Part shown: piece by piece, positions 22,275 to 24,000 of the stretch | Layout of the letters: each line of letters starts with the position of its first letter | Position numbering within the stretch: the first letter of the stretch is position 1 | From: Pumilibacteraceae bacterium | GTDB lineage: Bacteria > Bacillota > Clostridia > Christensenellales > Pumilibacteraceae | NCBI GenBank assembly: GCA_045532295.1 | Contig: JAZSFP010000004.1 | Coordinates: 796-24,795 of the forward strand | Direction: 5' to 3' | Length of the DNA: 24,000 nucleotides | Notes under the pieces: generated by a model | Seen by the model: only the letters and a program-made list of their open reading frames with translations | Told to the model about the DNA's origin: nothing | Database searches by the model: none | Program-made: the position numbers and the translations under genes

Positions 22275-23624
22275 ATGGAAACTATAAATATAAACTTTAG
22301 CAAAATTACGGGCAAAGTTAAGCCTATGAACGCCGTAAACAACGGTCCAAGCGGTTCAAAGGTTCGCGCTACCAAGGGCAACTCACCTTACTACGAGGCT
22401 CTTGAGATCCCCTACGCGCGCACTCACGACTCTGCTTTTTACTCTGCTTACGGTAACAGTAGCGGTCAGTATATCGTGGATGTTCATCGCATTTTCCCCG
22501 ACTTTAGTAAGGACGAAAACGACCCCGATAGTTACCTTTTCACGCCCACCGATATCTATCTATCGGACATTAACGCGGTAGGCACGAAGGTTTTTTATCG
22601 TCTTGGCGCAAGCATTGAGCACGGCTACAAAAAAGGCACTTATCCTCCCAAGGACTTCAAAAAGTGGGCGGTAATTTGCGAAAAGATTATTCGCCACTAC
22701 ACCGAGGGGCTTTGGAACGGTTTTAACTTCGATATCGAGTACTGGGAAATTTGGAACGAACCTGACTGCCGTAACGCAGACGGCTCTAATCCCTGCTGGC
22801 AAGGAACGGTAGAACAGTTCTACGACCTTTTCGAGATTACCGCAAAACACCTTAAGTCCTGTTTCCCTCATCTTAAAATAGGCGGTCCTGCCTTTACGGG
22901 CGTTTACGACGAGGCGTGTATACCTTTTTTTAAGTTTATTAAGGAACGCCAAGTCCCCCTCGACTTTTTTTCCTACCACCACTACTCTCGCGATCCCAAA
23001 AAACTTAGGCGCGATATCGAGCGATGCGACGACTACTTAAAGCAGTTCGGCTTAGAACATATCGAAACCTCGCTAAACGAGTGGAACTACATTAGGGCTT
23101 GGCTTGGCGACGAATACGACAAGAGTATGCGCTATATTAACGACTATCACGGCTCGGCGTTCGTCTCGTCGATGATGGCGGTAGGTCAAAAATCAAGCCT
23201 TTCAATGCTTATGTACTACGAGGGTAGACCAAGCCTTTATTGCGGTCTTTTCGACGAGTTCGGCAAGCCCCAAAAACCCTATTACGCCTTTGCTTGCTTT
23301 AGGGATATCAGGGCTTTAGGTAACGCAGTAGATAGCGAGGACACCGATTTCGTTTATTCACTCGCCTCCACTAACGGAACGGATAGCGCAGTTATGCTTT
23401 CGCATTTCGAGGACAACGACGAGGATAATCTTTACCGCGATATTAAACTTTCCATTAAGGATATTCCTAACGAAAACGGAATTAAGGCGCAGTTCTATTT
23501 GGTCGATAAGGATAACGATATGGTTCTTCTTCGCGAAGAGTATATTTCAACCAAAGATTTTTCGCTCTTTATAAAAACGCGCAACTACTCAACTCTTTTA
23601 ATTAAGTTCTCCCCTATCGAGTAA
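22275..23624 (+). CDS. Clan GH-A glycoside hydrolase, GH39-like
   Basis: 449 aa. YWEIWNEPD is the typical acid/base Asn-Glu segment, and SLNEWNY is a candidate nucleophile strand. The GH family number is an inference. Confidence 0.55.
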   Translation: METININFSKITGKVKPMNAVNNGPSGSKVRATKGNSPYYEALEIPYARTHDSAFYSAYGNSSGQYIVDVHRIFPDFSKDENDPDSYLFTPTDIYLSDINAVGTKVFYRLGASIEHGYKKGTYPPKDFKKWAVICEKIIRHYTEGLWNGFNFDIEYWEIWNEPDCRNADGSNPCWQGTVEQFYDLFEITAKHLKSCFPHLKIGGPAFTGVYDEACIPFFKFIKERQVPLDFFSYHHYSRDPKKLRRDIERCDDYLKQFGLEHIETSLNEWNYIRAWLGDEYDKSMRYINDYHGSAFVSSMMAVGQKSSLSMLMYYEGRPSLYCGLFDEFGKPQKPYYAFACFRDIRALGNAVDSEDTDFVYSLASTNGTDSAVMLSHFEDNDEDNLYRDIKLSIKDIPNENGIKAQFYLVDKDNDMVLLREEYISTKDFSLFIKTRNYSTLLIKFSPIE

Positions 23625-23630
23625 ACGAAA

Positions 23631-23668
23631 AAACCTCTCTACCAAAAGAGAGGTTTTCTTGTTTTTTT
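23631..23668. terminator. Bidirectional rho-independent terminator
   Basis: AACCTCTCT (23632-23640) pairs with AGAGAGGTT (23647-23655) around a 6 nt loop. An A-run precedes it and TTTTCTTGTTTTTTT follows. It lies between convergent genes. Confidence 0.85.
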
Positions 23669-23675
23669 AATTAAA

Positions 23676-24000
23676 TTATTCTTCGTCTACCGTTTCAACT
23701 TTGTCTACGCTCTTCTCTTCCTTTTTGAAAAGTTCAAAGATGATATTGAGCGCGTAAACGGCAATCTTCGCTACTACGGTAACGGCGTTAAGCACGCGGT
23801 AGAAATCGTAGAAAACCGAACTGTAATATCCATCAAAAAGTCCGCCGACGGTACTAATAATGGTAAGGATTGCGGAAATTCCTGCAAAGATAAGCGTAGC
23901 GATAAGCACTGATTTTGCCGTTTTCTTCGAGTCCTCGTCGCCTTTAACGAGCGCATATCCGCCCACTACTGCGAACGCTACGATAGAAAGATAACCCGTA
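23676..24000 (-). CDS. Small hydrophobic membrane protein, C-terminal part (open to the right edge)
   Basis: The track starts it at GTG 23966, but the frame stays open to position 24000 (...TGYLSIVAFAVVGGYALV...). It has two to three hydrophobic helices and an acidic tail (VDKVETVDEE). Confidence 0.5.
   Translation of the reverse strand, partial: TGYLSIVAFAVVGGYALVKGDEDSKKTAKSVLIATLIFAGISAILTIISTVGGLFDGYYSSVFYDFYRVLNAVTVVAKIAVYALNIIFELFKKEEKSVDKVETVDEE

Overview
Firmicute-like chromosomal window (inference from near-consensus TTGACA-N17-TATAAT promoters, AGGAGG ribosome-binding sites and T-box leaders). About 90% is coding. The left part holds housekeeping and accessory genes: icd (partial), an M18 aminopeptidase, a DEDDh exonuclease, a RimK-like ATP-grasp ligase and a TIM-barrel isomerase-like gene. 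The right part holds a DMT-type transporter, an alpha/beta hydrolase, a GH39-like glycosidase and a partial membrane protein. The centre (5666-20327, all minus strand) is the notable part. It is a roughly 14.6 kb co-directional gene train punctuated by three complete T-box riboswitch leaders, each with its own strong promoter, T-box motif and terminator/antiterminator. By a structural register shared by all three leaders, their specifier codons read CUC (Leu), AUC (Ile) and GUA (Val). None of them controls an aminoacyl-tRNA synthetase or a classical ilv/leu biosynthesis gene. The Leu leader controls a LeuA-like protein without the canonical metal ligands, a TIM-barrel::AMP-ligase fusion and an amidohydrolase. 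The Ile leader controls an XRE-HTH::cupin::acyl-CoA synthetase fusion. The Val leader controls a paralogous HTH::cupin::acyl-CoA synthetase, followed without a terminator by ilvE, a P-loop NTPase and a four-subunit 2-oxoacid:ferredoxin oxidoreductase (VOR/KOR type). My working hypothesis is a tRNA-charging-sensing salvage regulon. It would activate branched-chain fatty acids to acyl-CoAs, reductively carboxylate them to 2-keto acids and transaminate them to Val, Ile and Leu. This is inference from sequence only; no searches or folding programs were run. A repeat-rich intergenic island (5226-5665) lies at the 3' end of this train.
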